64,000 nucleotides of DNA from Lama guanicoe (GCA_013239625.1 MU054338.1:2792977-2856976); one strand, 5' to 3'. Counted from the first letter of the stretch, positions 48,301 to 63,137 are shown. Translations and numbers: made by a program. The notes: a model not told the origin generated them from the letters alone.

Positions 48301-51300
48301 AGGCCCCTTCCTTTCAGGCAGTTCCTCCCAGAGAACGGCTAACAAAACATAGGTATGGCAGCTCAGAAGGACCCAAGGCTGGAGGAAGAGTGAGGGGCTG
48401 GGCAGACACAGGGGGATGTGGGGTGCCTTTTCCTGCTCCAGGCCCAGCTGAGTGGAAGGAAGCCATGAAGACAGCCTAAGGTCTCTGAGAAAAGTACCTC
48501 CCCTCCCCAAGATGACGCAGCAGTCCTTGGAGACGGTGTGACAAAGAACTCACTTCCTGCCTAGCTTGAGCTCCACGTGGCCAGTGGGGGAAGAAGGCTG
48601 GCTGAGTGTAGGCTGCGGCCGCGGGAGGCCTGGCTGGCCACAGCAGGGATCCCCCCTCCTCCTCGCAGCCCATCTGGCCAGAAGCCACGGGCCTGAGTGC
48701 CCTCCCAGTGCTCTGTGGTGGGACGGGGGCCTGGGTCAGGGCACCACAGCTCCTAATTCCGCCTCCTCTGGGCTCCCCCCACCGCACCTGCCCAGCGCTG
48801 GCCCAGGCTTGACTCTAATGATCGCTGGTCCTGGGATTCCTCCTAAGACGCTGAGTGGCTGCAAAGGGAAGCAGGAGCACACAGAACCGTTCCCTGTTTT
48901 CATGCATTGTTAACCAGCCTCCCAGTTAATCTCGTAGGATCTGGGGGAGGAAGTGGGCCCTCCTGGGTACTGTGAGGGCTCCACATCCTCTCTGCTGTGG
49001 AAAGCTAGCTCTAGTTGAAGCGCTTTGGGCTTGCAGGGGGAGGAGGACTGCTGAGCCGAGGAGGGCTCACAAAATGTGCATCTTTTAATGTTGCCATGAA
49101 ACACTGCAGAGACTACATTATTCCTTGGATCTACTGCCTTGCTGGCCCTTTTGTCATCCTTGAAAACCCCAAGAGGAAGGGAAAGAGCCATCTGGGACCT
49201 TCAGCACCCACTCTGCCCAGCCACGGCCTCTGGGGAGGTATCTCCTCCTTATAAAAGGGGCCAATTAAGGCCCCAGGAGGTGATGTGCCTTGCCCAGGGC
49301 CAGGCAGTGCAGTGTGCATGCGTGTGTGTGTGCATGACACCAAGCCAGACAGGAGTCGTCAAAGTCTTAAATCACCTCACTCTGGAGGCTGCCCTGCAGC
49401 TCTGATTTGCTTCCTCATTTTCAGAGACAGGCCAGGGCTGTCAGGGGTTCTGGGAAGGCAAAGGCCAGCGCTCAGGATTGGGCTGCAAACCCTGCCCTTC
49501 CCGCTTGACCGGGGAAGTGTTCCAGCAAGTGTGGAGCCACATCCCAGGCCCCTGGGAACAGGTGGTCAGGAGGACCACAGCTGTTCCTGCACAGTGACAG
49601 TGACAAGGGGGATGACTGCTCAGGACTAACCCTACAGCGTGCTGAGTACACTGGCCTGGAGGTGGAAGACCTGCGTTAGAGGGCCGGCTGTGCCCTGAGC
49701 CTTCTGGAACTCCAGCCTCTCACACAAAACCCACCACTCCAGGGTGGCATGAAGCCAAAGCCCCTGGAACACTACAGAGCTTTCTATGAAAATCAATGGC
49801 ACAGCTCATGCAGAACCCTGCCCGGGCCATGGTGCCACCAATGCAGGAAGACTCAGATGGATCCTGCCCCAGCCCTCACTGAGCCTACCCCTGCCCCAAA
49901 TGCTACTGGGGAAAGTAAGGGTAAAGCCACAGGGCCCGGCTGAGGAATTCAGGCAACAGACTGGGGTGGGGACTCAGGATTCTGCCTCCTCCAGGAGAGG
50001 TGGAGGGAGCAAGGCCTGCTGACCAGTGGCTCTGAAGTGGGCCTGATCCAAGCTGGTGCCCCTGGCTGTGCCAAGGGTTTTTATCCAACAACCGAGATGC
50101 CAGCAAATCACATCTGGAGCTCTTGCTGGAGCTGAAAACCCTAGGTGCAAATTGGCCCCATGCACTTTAACTTCTCATCTTGGGGGCGAGGCAAGAGGGC
50201 TGAATGTCACACAACTGGGAAAATCAATTTCAGATGAAAATTTATAAAAAGAAACACCCAACCCACAAACAAATGAGGTAATAAACCCCTGGAGTCCCGG
50301 TTGGCAGGGCCACGCCCGCTCCGCACCACTGCGCGCTGGGGTGCACCGCGGGGGAGCTACTGGCCACAGATCTATAGGCGGGACGGCAGAGCAAGATTCT
50401 GCTACGCATCTGCAAGAAAATGATAAGGTGTTTTGCAAACTCATCTTTTGTAAATGGCAGAGCTGACGCAAGAGCAGCCCTTCAGGAAGAGACAGGACGT
50501 GGTGTTTGGAAATCCTGTGAGGCCCAGAGCTGCTGGGCCTCTGGAAAGCACCAGAACAAACCCTTCATCCAACACCGTCACTGCGGCCTACTACACAAGA
50601 GGCTGGAGACACCTGGGCACAAGTCTCAAGGAGGGGCCCGTGCACCCCAACAATCGCAAGCTAAGGTGACCGACCAACTGACATCCAGAGCCCCTGCCTC
50701 CTGGAACACAGATGCTGTCTCCCTCATCTCTAAGACCACTTCCATTCTGAAAGGTCTAATGTGAAGCCACCTTTACCAGGAAGCCCTCCTGATTCTCTGT
50801 CGCCTGCCTCCTTACCCAGGCAGGAGTGACCTGGCCGCTGGCCACCTCTCCCATCACATTACTAACACCTCTCCCTCAGGCCGGCCCCCTGTGAACCTCA
50901 CCCTGGACCAGGCTGTTCCACAAAGGCACCCACCTCGTCCCACATCAGAGCCTCTGCCCTGCTGTCCTCAGACCTTCCACAGCTGGGTTCTGCCCATCTG
51001 GTCTCGCCCAGCATCCCTTCCTCAGAGGGGCTGTCCCTGACCCCTCACACTCTCTCAAGACCTCTTGTTTACAGCTCTCTTCCCACTGGACTGTGAACTT
51101 CAAGTAAGTGACTGCTGCACCCGTGCGCAGGACACCATCTGAAACTAGGGAGTGCTGAACAATAGCGAGCACCCACAGGAGGGAGGCGTGACCTCACAGG
51201 GCCTAACCCCACTGCACTAGCCCACGATGAAGCGCTGTGAGGGCTGCAGACCAGGGAGCCAGCCGCATGACAGTGCCCCTACCCCTGTACCCCAACTTTA

Positions 51301-54191
51301 TCTTCTGTCAGTTATGGGAAGCTCAGGTTAGGCGATACTCTGCCCACCAGCTGGCCCCCTCACTGGAGAGCGAAGGGGAAATTTACAAAGCAAACAACGT
51401 GAGCAGCCTGGGCCCAGGCTGACCTGCATCCAGGGAAGCCCCACTCCCGGAGTGGGTGGTTTCCTATTGACAGGAACCCCTGGTGAAGTGGACAGGTCTG
51501 CAGTTTGGGAAGACAGGACACAGGAAAGGAAGGCTGACAGGCAAACAGGTTCTGAAGGCCAAAGGGAAGTGGCTTGAAAATGGGCCGGGGCTGTAGTCAG
51601 TAGGGGCCACACACCCAGTCTCTCCGGGGGGAGGGCAGAGCTTGGCCATGGAGCTCCTCCGTGAGACAGCTCCAGACAGAGGCTGAATGGGCGCTGAGGA
51701 ATGTACCCTCACCTGGCTCCACCACTTGCCTGTCACACCAGGCCGGTGACAACAGGTGACTCAGGGCCACCGAGGCCAGCTTCTTCAGGCATGACTACCA
51801 GAAGCACCTGGGCAGGTCACGATCCTGGGGCAGCACACGGCAAGCCAGGGGAAGGAAGCCGTAAACAGCTCTCAGCACAGCACACCAGCTCCCTGAGGGT
51901 TAGTGACGGGCACTGCGAAACATGGCCCCGTGTCAGATGCTGGTGCTCTGTCACCTTGCACAGCCGCTCCTCCCTCTCTACCCCACCCTAGTTGTCCAGG
52001 GACACCTGCGCTTCTAACCTGCAAAGTCAGCCTTGGGAACCTGGAGCTGGAAGGAATCTCAGAATCACTGCCCAACCTCAGCACACAGATAAGGAGACTA
52101 ACAGGGGGCGGCCAGGGGGCACCAGAGCACACTGCTCCTGCCCCCTGCTGCTACCCACCCTGCAGTGACAGAGCAGGTGGGCCTCTCCCTCCTCAGGACG
52201 CACACCGAGGCCTGGCACACACGTCCCCTTATGTTACTGTCTGTGCCCCAGTGGTGGTGAGCGGCCAGACTGAGAGGTTCCCAGGGACCCCTCCCCGGGC
52301 CACAGCCGGAGGAGCGCTCTCAGGGGCTGACTCCTTGGCTGTGGATCAACTTCATTTGAGCACGGCAACCAGGAGAGCCCCGCCTCCCTACCCACATGCA
52401 CCCTGCCCCCAAACATTAACTGCCCGTGGGCAGGGCTGGCTGCCATGAGCAGCCAGGGAGCACGACGCACAGTAGGGAGACCCCGCCCTCTAGAAGCTCA
52501 GAGAGAACGCCCCCAGGTGTGTTAACTAACAAGCCAAAACAGGGAGTGCCCGCGAGGTCCCCAGGCAGGGCCAGGCGCCAGGGAGCCATGGGGTCTGGAC
52601 TGCAGCCCGGTACTGCCTCCAGCTCTGTCCACCACGCTGGGACTTACAGCAGGGATGTGGACTCCTCTGAGCCTCAGTCTCCTCAACTGTCAAACGTGGT
52701 GACGACGACGTGCTGTGGGACTCGGGTGTGAACAGGCTTTAAGAACTACAAGCTGCTCTACAAAGACGAGCCTGCCATTCCCTGGTTGATGTGCATCCCA
52801 AGGAAAGAACGAGGCCAGGAGGGCTGCACGCAAGCAGCTTGAGGTGGTGTCCATGCACAGGTGAGGTTCAGAGGCAGGATACACTGAGGGGCCTGGATGA
52901 CGGGGACATTAAGGACACCAGGGCCTCTGGAGTGAAGGCCCTCCCACGAGGGACCTGTGTAAAAACTGGGTTGATAGCAGGCTGATGTGCTAGCTCTCCA
53001 TTGTACCAAAAGCTCCTACGGATCATAATCCAGACTCCAGAAGGCTCGAGGCACCAAGTGTATTTGTTGATGGGCAGCTGGGATGCACAATTCTGAAGCT
53101 CTACTTGCAGGGAGGAAAGAGTTGAAGCATCAGGAGGTAAAACGACAGGGTTTGAAGGAAGAGGATGGGCCACAAACTCCCTCATGCCCCGGCCCAGGCT
53201 CCTGCCAGTCTCCAGGCCACCCCTCCTCCCCTGCTTCTGTCCAGCCAACAGACCCAGTCTACTGGCTGACCCTCAATACCCCGAGTGGCTTTCTACCTTG
53301 ATCCTGGCTGACATGATCCTGCACCACGCCCTCCTCCCCGGGATATCCCTCCCTCTCTCCACCTCGATGTGCCACCGTCTCCCGTTCTTCAGGGAGATGC
53401 CGGTGTGCACCCCCAGGAAGCTGCACATATGCTCTGTGCACAGGAGACCCCATGCCTGGTAAGCTGGGGGTACTGCCGCATTTGGCAAGGCTGTGCAGTG
53501 CCGACTCAAGGTGCTCCCCAGTGATGCCTTTTTATTTTGACTTTTGCAGGAGAAAACCGGCCCTGCCCTCAGGTCTTGCTTCTCTGTTGTCATCATGTGA
53601 TGTGTGTCTGGTGCTGCCACTTCCTCAGTGAGCACCCATAAGAATGAATATTCAAATCTCTCTTCCCCGGATGATGATGGTCTAGCAGCCAGGGCCTCCC
53701 TCCAGCTCCCAGGGCAGCTTCTGCTCCCCTGGAAGGACTGAACCTACAGACAGGCAATGTCTGGGCTCCTGGACAAGGGACAAGAACACAGCAGGGCAGG
53801 CTAGCGACCTGGAGGCCCCAGCACTGGGGGCCTCACTCCGGCTGCCTGCCAGGGAAATCTGCATCCTTCTTTCCCTTCTCCTTCCTAGGCCCAAATTCAT
53901 AAAGCCAAGGTCCAGGTCATCTCCTTGTGAGTCATCCCTGGTTTCTCCATACACAGCACCTGTCACAGGACCCTGTGTCACTGTATCCACCCTATTTCAA
54001 TCACTAAGCCACCATGCGTGTCTGGAACACTCTCCTGCCCTGAGCTGACCTGCTTTATCGGGGTGGGGCTGAACGTCTGGGGTCAAAGTCAGCAGGCCAG
54101 CTCCCCCCTTTTGAGAAAGCTGCCCTTATTCATCCAACAAATATTTGTTATTTTATGTGCTAGGTATAGCAGAGGGAAAGAGAGACAGATA

Positions 54192-54193
<2 letters not shown>

Positions 54194-54236
<43 letters not shown>
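54194..54236 (+). repeat. (AC)21 microsatellite
   Basis: Read directly from the sequence. Confidence 0.95.
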
Positions 54237-54238
<2 letters not shown>

Positions 54239-55015
54239 TGAAGAAAAAAATACAAGGACCTATGACAAGGAACCCACAGGAAGAAGCCAAGGGGCAGCCA
54301 CGAGAAGTCCCTGGACTTGGCTTTGAAGGATGGTTTGAACTTGGATGGAAAAAGAAGAAAGGAACATGACGTGAGGAAAGACAGAGACAGAGGACATGGG
54401 GTCTGCACGAGCGCAGAAGGAGTTGCTAAGGGCTGGCCTCCATACATATTTCCAGGACATGATTCTGAAATACCTCTTTGAAGGTGGGAGGGGGCGTGAG
54501 TGAAGGGGTTTGGCATGAGTCTGTAGGCTCCGTGATGGGGAGGTGGTGCCACCAGACTCCAGAACTGCCAACCGCTTGCCACAGCTGGTGGGAAGTGATG
54601 CAGGTGGAAACCCCACTGTGCCGTCTCCGCACTGTGGGACTAGAGGGCAACAGCGTTCCTTGCTTCGGTAGAACCTGAACACAGAGCCAGTTTTCAAACT
54701 GATGTTAAACTATGGGGATGGAGGATTTCCTATCAGTCCACTAGCTACTAAGTCACCAAGGTGAGATTCCAGGAACCAGGGAACAACTTCTATGGAAGAC
54801 AGCTCAGTGGGAGGCCCACTCTGAGCACAGCACCTGTCAGTCAACTTGGCAAAGTGAATCGGTCCTGTTTTCTTGCTGACCTCAGCTATGCAGCTGGAGG
54901 TGAGAGCTAAGGAAGGATGAACCACACGCGCCTGCGTGCGCACGCACGCGCACACCCCCCCTTCGATGCTGAGCTACAACCTCTATCCAGATGAGGCTTT
55001 AAGACAGTGTGAACC

Positions 55016-55512
55016 TGTATGAGTTTCCTACGGCTGCTGTAACAAATTACCACAAACTCAGTGACCCAAAACACAAGTTTCCTAAACAACATGAAAATCT
55101 GAAAGAGGTCTGAAGTCCCACGTGGACTTCCCTGGCAAAGACCAAGGTGTTGGCAGGGCTGCGTGCCTTTCTGAGTGCTCTAGAGCTTTCCGGCCTTTTT
55201 GGCTTCTAGAGGAGCCCCCGTTCCTTGGCCCACGGCCCCTCCCCCTGTCTCACAGCCAGCAAGGCGGGCCTCTCCTGCCGCCTCCGCTCTGGTTCTCTCC
55301 TCTGCCGCTGAGTCTCCTTCTGACCAGGCAGGGGAAAGTTCTGCTTTTGAGGGCTGACTGGGCCCACCTCGAAATCCAGGGCAACCTCTCTCCCTCCAGG
55401 CCCAAGTTTTTAATCCCAAAAGCAACGTCCCTTTGCCAACTAAGGTGGCACATTTGCAGGTTCTGGCTGAGGGTGGAGACACTCCAGTGGGGGTGGGAGG
55501 TGCTCTGCCCAT
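55016..55512. mobile_element. MLT1 (MaLR) solo LTR
   Basis: TGTATGAGTTTCCTACGGCTGCTGTAACAAATTACCACAAACTCAGTG...CAAGGTGTTGGCAGGGCTG...GGGCCCACC...ATCCAGG. Confidence 0.75.
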
Positions 55513-58500
55513 CATGGGAAAACAATCAGTTCCCGCCACCTACGTGGTACCGAGCTATAAAGTCGCCTGGACTCTGAATTAGTAAATACTGAGCTACTGC
55601 TCCCAGGGACACGGGCGACAAACTTGCAAAACAACGCCGGAGCCTTCCAGCGGTGCCCCTCGTGCGGGGCCGAGCGAGGGCGGGGCCTCCTGCTCTGGCA
55701 GTACTGCTTGCGTTTGTTTGCGCTCTTGTGGGCACCCGGCTATGGGCTGGTCATTCTTTATGTCTCTCTCTACATCTGAGACACCTCATAGCACAAACGC
55801 GGGTGCCTGAAAAGGGACGTGCCCTTTCCAATGCACTGGTGCTGCCTGGCTCTCGGCCGGGCCCGGGAAGGCATGTGGAACTAGCGGAGGGGAAACTCCC
55901 CTGGAAGGCGCCCAACAACCCCCCAGGCTCTGCTGAGAGCTGAGCAGACTCCTGGACTCAGACCAGCCAAAAGGTCCACCTCCCCACTGCCCTGAAGCAG
56001 CACACTTGCCTCCTGGGTCCCCCATGTGCCCGCATTTCCACAACTTCCCCCGAAGCCTCCCAAACACAGCAGTCTGGAGGACAGAGAGGGACTCAGCCTG
56101 CCAGCGCCTCCTGCCCGCCCTGGGATGAAGCCAAGGGCATGGGGTGCTCCAGGGCACAGCAGACTGAGCGCTCAGCTGCCCTTGAGTCTGCTGGCGGGAA
56201 GGGAATGGTGATGAAGAACTTCCCAGAAAGCCCGGGAGAAACACCTAAGGCTTCTTAGCTGTGAAGTAAGTGCACCAAGGCCTGGGGGAGAAAGATAAAC
56301 CTCAGAGCCAGCCTCAACGGGCATCACACACAACCCAGTGTATCGGGGACAATCAGCGGGGAGCTGCAGCAGCTCCAAGCCTCCTCGAGGCTGGGACAGC
56401 AAGGGTGTCCAACCTCCAAGGAAACGCCCCAGGGAGAGGAGATAAAGGACAATCCTAGGCCAGGAGGTTATGGTTAGGGGATGGAGAAATCCTGTCCCTG
56501 TCCCCTCGGCCACCATCTTCTTGACAAAGGCTGGCCTTGAAGGGCCAGGACTGCCCTCTTGCCTTCAGACAATCATGGCTCTGATGAACTGAGCCCTTCG
56601 ATTTGATGCCCATCTGCCCAAAGCAGCCAAAGGGCCTCATCTTAGGGAGGCGGATGGCAGGGGACGAGGACGGGCCTTGGATCCTTGGGGGCAAGAAGGG
56701 TCAGTAAGTTCCCAGTTTCCCTCCCAAGAGGTGATCTAAGTCTCTGCTCACTCCTGGGGCTGAGACTCAAACCACAGCAGAAAAACCATCAGTTAGTTGC
56801 TCTACTTTAGAGAAAGGAGGGCTGGACTGAGGTGTGCTGGCCAGAGATACTTGAATTATAGGCCAAGGTGGTGTCTGAGGACAAAGCACATGGACCGAAC
56901 CATGCCTCTTAGTGTCAGGCCTCTCCCCAGACACTCAGGGATATCCACCCTCACCCCAAAGCTTTCTCTTTCATGCCTTAATTCAAGTCCACAGGATTTC
57001 CCAGTTCTACGTGAAGACTATGAGGGACAGGGGAGGGGGCCTCAAGAGGTAACACAGGGACAAGTGAGAGTTATTTCCACCACGATGCTCTTTCAATACC
57101 CCCTCATTCTCATGAGGAGACACTTTCCGGTGGGCACTTACAGTTTCAACAAGTCTTTAACAAGAGGGACCATATCCCAAGCTCGGAGGGAAGGAACCCA
57201 GAAAGAACTGATTACACCGCTTGGTTTCTATTGTATTTGGCGATACAGCTACTATGCTTTACAGCAAGAAATAATATCAACTCCTTTTAAAATAAATTTT
57301 AAAAGTGAGTCTAATTAAAAATCAAGTTAACTAATTCAAGCAACAGGATAGGTGGCAGGTGAGGTGAGCCCAGATACCGGTTAGAGGCTGGTTAGAGGTT
57401 ACTGCAGGCCCAGAAGTTGATGTGATGGAGTGCCCCTGTGAAGGCGGTGGGGGACAAGGGAGTGAAGGAGGGCAGGTGAGGAGGCAGGCCTCCGGTGCAC
57501 TGGGCCTAGTAGCCTGTTGTGTTTCTAGGACCAGCCGGATGGTCGTGGACCACCATCTAGAGGGCAGTTGGGAGTGTCACGTCTGAATGCTGTGACTGGG
57601 GGGGTAGATCTGGAGGATAGGTACCCGAGGGGTGGTGGGGCCAGGGAGGTAACTGAGGTCCTGGAGGCAGAAGGCCCAAAGCAGGATGGCAAGTCCACAG
57701 GGAGGACCAATGGGGCCAAGCAGAGGAGGAGGAGAGAGAGCGGGCCGGCTGACCGAGGAAATGAGAGAAGAGGCAGAAGAGCGGGCAGGTATGGAAGCCG
57801 GGGGCTGGAAGAAAGGGCTGCAAACAGGACCGTGGCTAACGCTGGTCACGTCTTAGAGGTTAAGTCTGGTGGCCCTGGGGAGAGGAGAGCCAAGGGAACT
57901 CCTTTTCCAAGCAGGCTGGGCACCTCTGGTTAAATTCAGGCTTGGCCGCAGGGTCTGGGTGACAGAGACTGCCTGTGACACAGACCAGACCCCCCTGGCC
58001 CAGCCAAGTGCAGGTCCCTCTCAGCCTGGAGCCCTCAAGGCAGATCCTAAGCCAAAGGGAACAACCTCTGAGCTTTGATTTCTTATTTTTTTAAACCAGT
58101 CGGACCTGTTTCCGACCTAGACCTTGCCAGTCATGTGGTTTCCCTGGGAGGGCAGGGGCGGGTGCTGAACCACCCCCAGGGACACTGCAGGACGCACAAG
58201 CACTGTCACTGGTACCCCGACTCCTGCTCTGAGAAGGAGTCCACCACTTCTGATAACTTGGTCAGCAAGCCATGACCCATGAGGATCCAGGCCTTCACCA
58301 GCTGCCAGGCAGCCTGCTCCCTTAGGAGCTCACGCCTGATGAGCCGAAAAGCACACTGGATGTGAGAATGTGCTTGGTGTGGCATGTGGGCAGGAGACTA
58401 CAGGGCCAGATGCTGGGAGGGTGGAGAAGTACTTCCGGGGGCGGTCCAGGGAGATAGCAAGGATGAAGATACCGCAGGGCTCTGAGGAAAAACAGGAAGT

Positions 58501-61286
58501 GGACACGAGAATGGGCTGGGTGAGGAAGGAGGTGGGAAGGTACAAGTCTGAGCATACCTGTCAGACTGGAGTGTGCTGTCTGTGAGGGGGAGGGTGGCAT
58601 TTAAAGCTGGGGCCAGGGCGTGGGCTCCAGAAGGTCCTGAATGCCAGGTAGGAGACAAAACCACACCCCACGTTGGCTGGGGATGTCCCCTCACAGGCCC
58701 CATCTCTGCCCTTCCTAGGCTTGCCCACAAGACCTCCCACTTTCGCACTCTCACAGCCCACGATGCAGGGCAAACGCATCTGTCCATCAGACATTTGTTG
58801 AGTTCCTGGGACAGCGACCCCGGGCTAGGCTGTGTCACACTTCGGGTGCGGCGCTGCTGGAGGGGTTTAGTGCCCAGGTGTAGGAGCTGAGCAGCCAGGC
58901 AGCAGCCCTTCCCAGAGCGACAGCAGCTCACGCTGAGTCAGGCCCTTCAGAGGAAACGGCACGTCTGTTTTCCTGCTGTGGTTGGGAGCTTCCGAGCGTG
59001 ACCCCGATCTTGGGCCCAGTCAGCAGGTTTTTCTAGGAGCTGAGTGGAAAGGAAGATGAAGCTGTCCTCTGGGAGCCCATGTTCTGGGAACCCTGGTTAC
59101 TGCTTAACAGGAAATAAGCAAAATCGACCCAAACTGCAGTGCTTGGGAAAAGTGGCTGCAAATCCAGGCCTGGGGTGGTGAGAGAGGAGGGGGAAGAGAG
59201 GAGTGGGCAGCGGGGCAGCGGGGCAGCGGAGAGAAAGAGAGAGAGAAAGAGAAGAAAAAGAAGAGGAGGAGGAGGAGGAGAGAAAGCAGGAGGGGGAGAG
59301 CAGAAGGGAGGGAGGTGAGAGGAATCAGCTGCAGCCACAGGCTGACACATTCTTCCATCCAGCTTTCCAGGAGCAGCTTTAAGAAAGAACCAGAAAAGAC
59401 GAGCCCTAACACTTCCCCAGGCACATTACAAAGCCAAGGAGGGTCTGAACACAGGGGTACAGATGCCTTAATGAGTCCGTGAGCGCCTAACCCCAGGAGG
59501 CAAAGAGGCCAGCGGCTGGAAAGCTTCAGCACCAAATCCTCCTTAAAGCTCAGAAACTCCACCCCCACCTCAGAAACCAGAAAGAGAAGACAATCCGACC
59601 TTCCTCCGCCACTCCCCTGGCCAACGGCTGCTCTGCAGTGTCAAGACGTGCAGATGCCTCCGAAATCCCATGGAGGAAGTTGGCTGCACGCCCCAAATTA
59701 AAAACTAAGTTTCCCCAGACTGGACCAGTTTCAGAATATCGGCAGCAAAGAGGAGACGAGAGACAGGGGCCAGGGCAGAGCTAACTGAGGCACTCGTCCC
59801 AGGGTCGAAGGTCACAGGACACACACGCCTCAGGCAAATGGCAGGCCCGCGGGGGCGGTCACAGCCGGTCAGTCTGTCCTCTGAAGAAAGAAGCAAACAG
59901 ATGCGCAGACACCTGAAGGGCAGGCGGTGAGCTCAAGGCCCCCAAAGGCACTAAGCGCTCGCTCGGCTGCTCCACAGGGAGCCTGGGTGGACAGGTGGGT
60001 GGGTAAAAGCACTGTTTCCTTGGTTCACTTGCTAAGTCTTTGATGGTTCTAGGGTCTCAGCATTGTGACAGCCCCCAATTTCTCAAACTGAACAGGGAGA
60101 TACTGTGAAACTCCTAACCTCACAGACTGCTATTAAGCGGCACAAAGAATATAATTAAGTATCCTACAGCTCTGCCTCAAAACACACCCAGAGAAGCAGA
60201 GCGATTAGCTCCCACTTGGTCTTTAATACACACAGGATTCTGAGTCAGAGGTGAACTTTAGGCCTGATGTGCAGCACTCACAGGCAGCAGAATCAGAATG
60301 TGATGGCCCCTTGGTCCTGGTGTGTTCATAACAAGAGTATGCAGGATGCTGTTTGGTTACAGGGTGCCTCCCTGATTGCAAACCGTAGGTCCTGTGCCGA
60401 GGGGGTCCGGTTAACCTGGTTTTATACACAGGCCTGGGAAGGAGTGGGGTTGAAAGAGGCTCCTGGTTCCTCTGGGAAACGACAGTCTTAAACCTCTCCC
60501 GTAGCTCCACAGCCCAGCCTAAACCCGGGGCTGGTTAGTCCGTCCAAGCAAGGTGGTGGCCGAACGCCAAGTGGGGAGAGCCCAGCCTGGCCACTGAAGG
60601 AGCAGGATGGGACCATCTCCACCCAGGGTCCTGCAGGGACACTGCTAGGTCAAGGGTCTTCCTACAGAATGAGTCAGCAGAGTGGCTTCCTGTAAGAGTG
60701 GACTTAACCCAGTTCCCATTGCACGTGGACGTGGCAGTGGCCAAAAGCTCTTCCCGTGTCTGCTGTCCCAAGGCCGAAGGTCTTCCGGAGGTTAGCCTGC
60801 AGCTGCTGAGCTCAAGAGCCTAGGCAGGAACCCCTCTCCAGACCCTGCCTGACACCTGTTGTTCCCAGCTCATGGGTTCCACTCTTCTATTTGTGCTGAG
60901 ACTAATGGGTTACAAGTTCCAGATTTTTGTATCTTAAGATCATTCCATGTCCATTACTTAGCATGCCAAGAACTTTGCTGGGAAATCAAAAGCCATTTGT
61001 GATTCCACAAAATGAAGTTTAAAAAATAGGTCAGAGCAGCCAGTACCTGGGGATGGTCTACATCCCCCAGCTACTGCTGACTCCAACAGGGTGGGGTCCT
61101 AGGTCCCCCAGGCCTGCCCCTACGCTATGTCTGTCTTAGGAAGTTCACTCTTTCCTGCTAGACATGAAGCTGGGGCCCAGCGAGTATCCAACAAACTTCA
61201 AAGCTGTGGGATGTGGTGGTCACGAATTTTCCCCCGGCTCAGACGGGACCAATCTTTTAGAGTTCAAACTCTCTCCCTCCTTTCAG

Positions 61287-61332
<46 letters not shown>

Positions 61333-61427
61333 AAAAAAAAAAAAAACCAGCCCAGCCTCCCACCACCCCGCCAAACCCGCCCCCAAACCACCAAAACGAC
61401 AAAAAAAAATAAAAAAAAAAAAAAAAA

Positions 61428-61465
<38 letters not shown>

Positions 61466-62189
61466 AAGAAAGAAAGAAAGAAAGAAAAAATCAGGCCAGC
61501 CTTCCAGGCAGCTGCCAGATCTGTCCCTAGTTACACTCTCAAATCTCCGCACAGCCCAGCCACAAGAATTATCAGGAAACCAGTTAGCAGTTTAGGTCTT
61601 GAAATTAATGTCACCCAAACATACTACAATGAGAAGTGAACTTTCAAGTCTAGATCTCACTGTTGGGTTCCTTTATCCTCCTCAGTTCCCCAGAAAGACT
61701 CATAAAAGCGTGTCCCTTAATTCTAGACGTGCGGAAGTACACGGTTGAGGGAGTGACATTACACCAGGAGGCTGGAGGGGACCAAAACCACGAGACCGAG
61801 ACAGACAACTATTTCTTTGGCTGCTTTACTCTATAGATTCTTCAACTTTCCTCAGCCCAGGCCCTCAGCCAGTCGGAGACCAGTTCACAATAAGAAGTGA
61901 AAACTCACAAACTTCCCACTCAAGCTCAAACTGATTTTATTCAAGACTGGAAAGTGCTCACCAGAGATGAAGTGGCATGGAATTTGCCGGTACACTTCCA
62001 GATACTGGTAGCTGACTTGTTGCCAGTATCATCAATGAGACAGAAACTTTTAATTAGCATCACAGCCTCACCTACTAGAAACCAAGCTTCTCTAACCCCG
62101 GCGCACCGTCACACATCCACCTGGCTTCTATTTCTCAATTTAGAAACAATGCTGTTACAAGCCTTTGAAATCTAGAACCTGCTTCAAAG

Positions 62190-62428
62190 TAGGGTTTCTG
62201 ATCTTTGGCGATTCTGTCATTCAGGGCCAGGTATTCTTTGTTGTGTGGAAGGCTATCCTGTGTGTTGTAGGATGTTTAGCAACCACCCCAGGCCTCTACT
62301 TAACTATCATGAAGGTAGCACCCTTTTCCTAAGGCGTGACAACCAAAAAACCACCTCAAATGTTGCCAAGATCCCTTGGGGGGTGAAGAAAGAGGGAAAG
62401 GTTAGTCACCTCTGGTTGAGAAGCACCA
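62190..62428. mobile_element. MER20 hAT DNA transposon
   Basis: ATTCTTTGTTGTG...TGTAGGATGTTTAGCA...GTGACAACCAAAAA...CTGGTTGAGAAGCAC. Confidence 0.8.
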
Positions 62429-62677
62429 GTGCAAGCTTACACCTTCTTAAAAGTACCAGATGACAAAACACACTCTGGGAGTCTCCTGAGGACCTGGGAT
62501 GGGGAGACTTGGCATCTAGCTGCTGAGTTTTATGTACGTGTCCATCTGTGTTTATGTGGTCATCTGTGTTTTGAGAACTAGGAAAAGCAGGCAGCTGCCA
62601 CAAGAACGCCCAGGAGGGATTTTCTTGTTGTTGTTTTGTTTTGATAAAATTATCCTCACTTTTCTCAAACCTTAAAG

Positions 62678-62903
62678 CAAAGTTTCTCAACCTCAGCACT
62701 GTTGACATTTGGGGCCAATAATTCTTGGTTGTGTGGGGCAGCCCAGGGCACAGTGGGGGGCTGAGCAGCATCCCTGGCCTCTACCCACTAGATGCCAGTA
62801 AGATGGACCACTAGATGTCCACCGTGTTGTGACAAACAAAAATCTCTCCAGATACTGCCAATGTCCTCTGGAGGGTGGAACTGGCCCTGGCTGAGAAGCA
62901 CTG
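62678..62903. mobile_element. MER20 hAT DNA transposon, second copy in the same orientation
   Basis: TTTCTCAACCTCAGCACTGTTGACATTTGGGGCC...GCAGCATCCCTGGCCTCTACCCACTAGATGCCAGTA...CTGAGAAGCACTG. Confidence 0.88.
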
Positions 62904-63137
62904 TTCTACAGGAAGACAAATGCCCCCAAATCCTTTTGTGTAGAAAGAAGAGTGCACTTACCCTTGGGCCAGATGAGACAAATTGAGACTGACCAGTTTA
63001 AAGCTTAATACTGTTCACAAGGTGAAAACTCAATCTACCCATTATCACAACATAACAAGAATATTACCCTGGAACAGATGACTGTATTTTGAGGGCACAG
63101 AAGAGGATTAAAGAGGTGTTCCTAAGATAGAGAAAAG

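Noticed and set aside
61127..61639. 170-aa Lys-rich ORF and its antisense Phe-rich ORF
   Set aside because: Translations of a poly-A/(GAAA)n tract that is itself probably misassembled.
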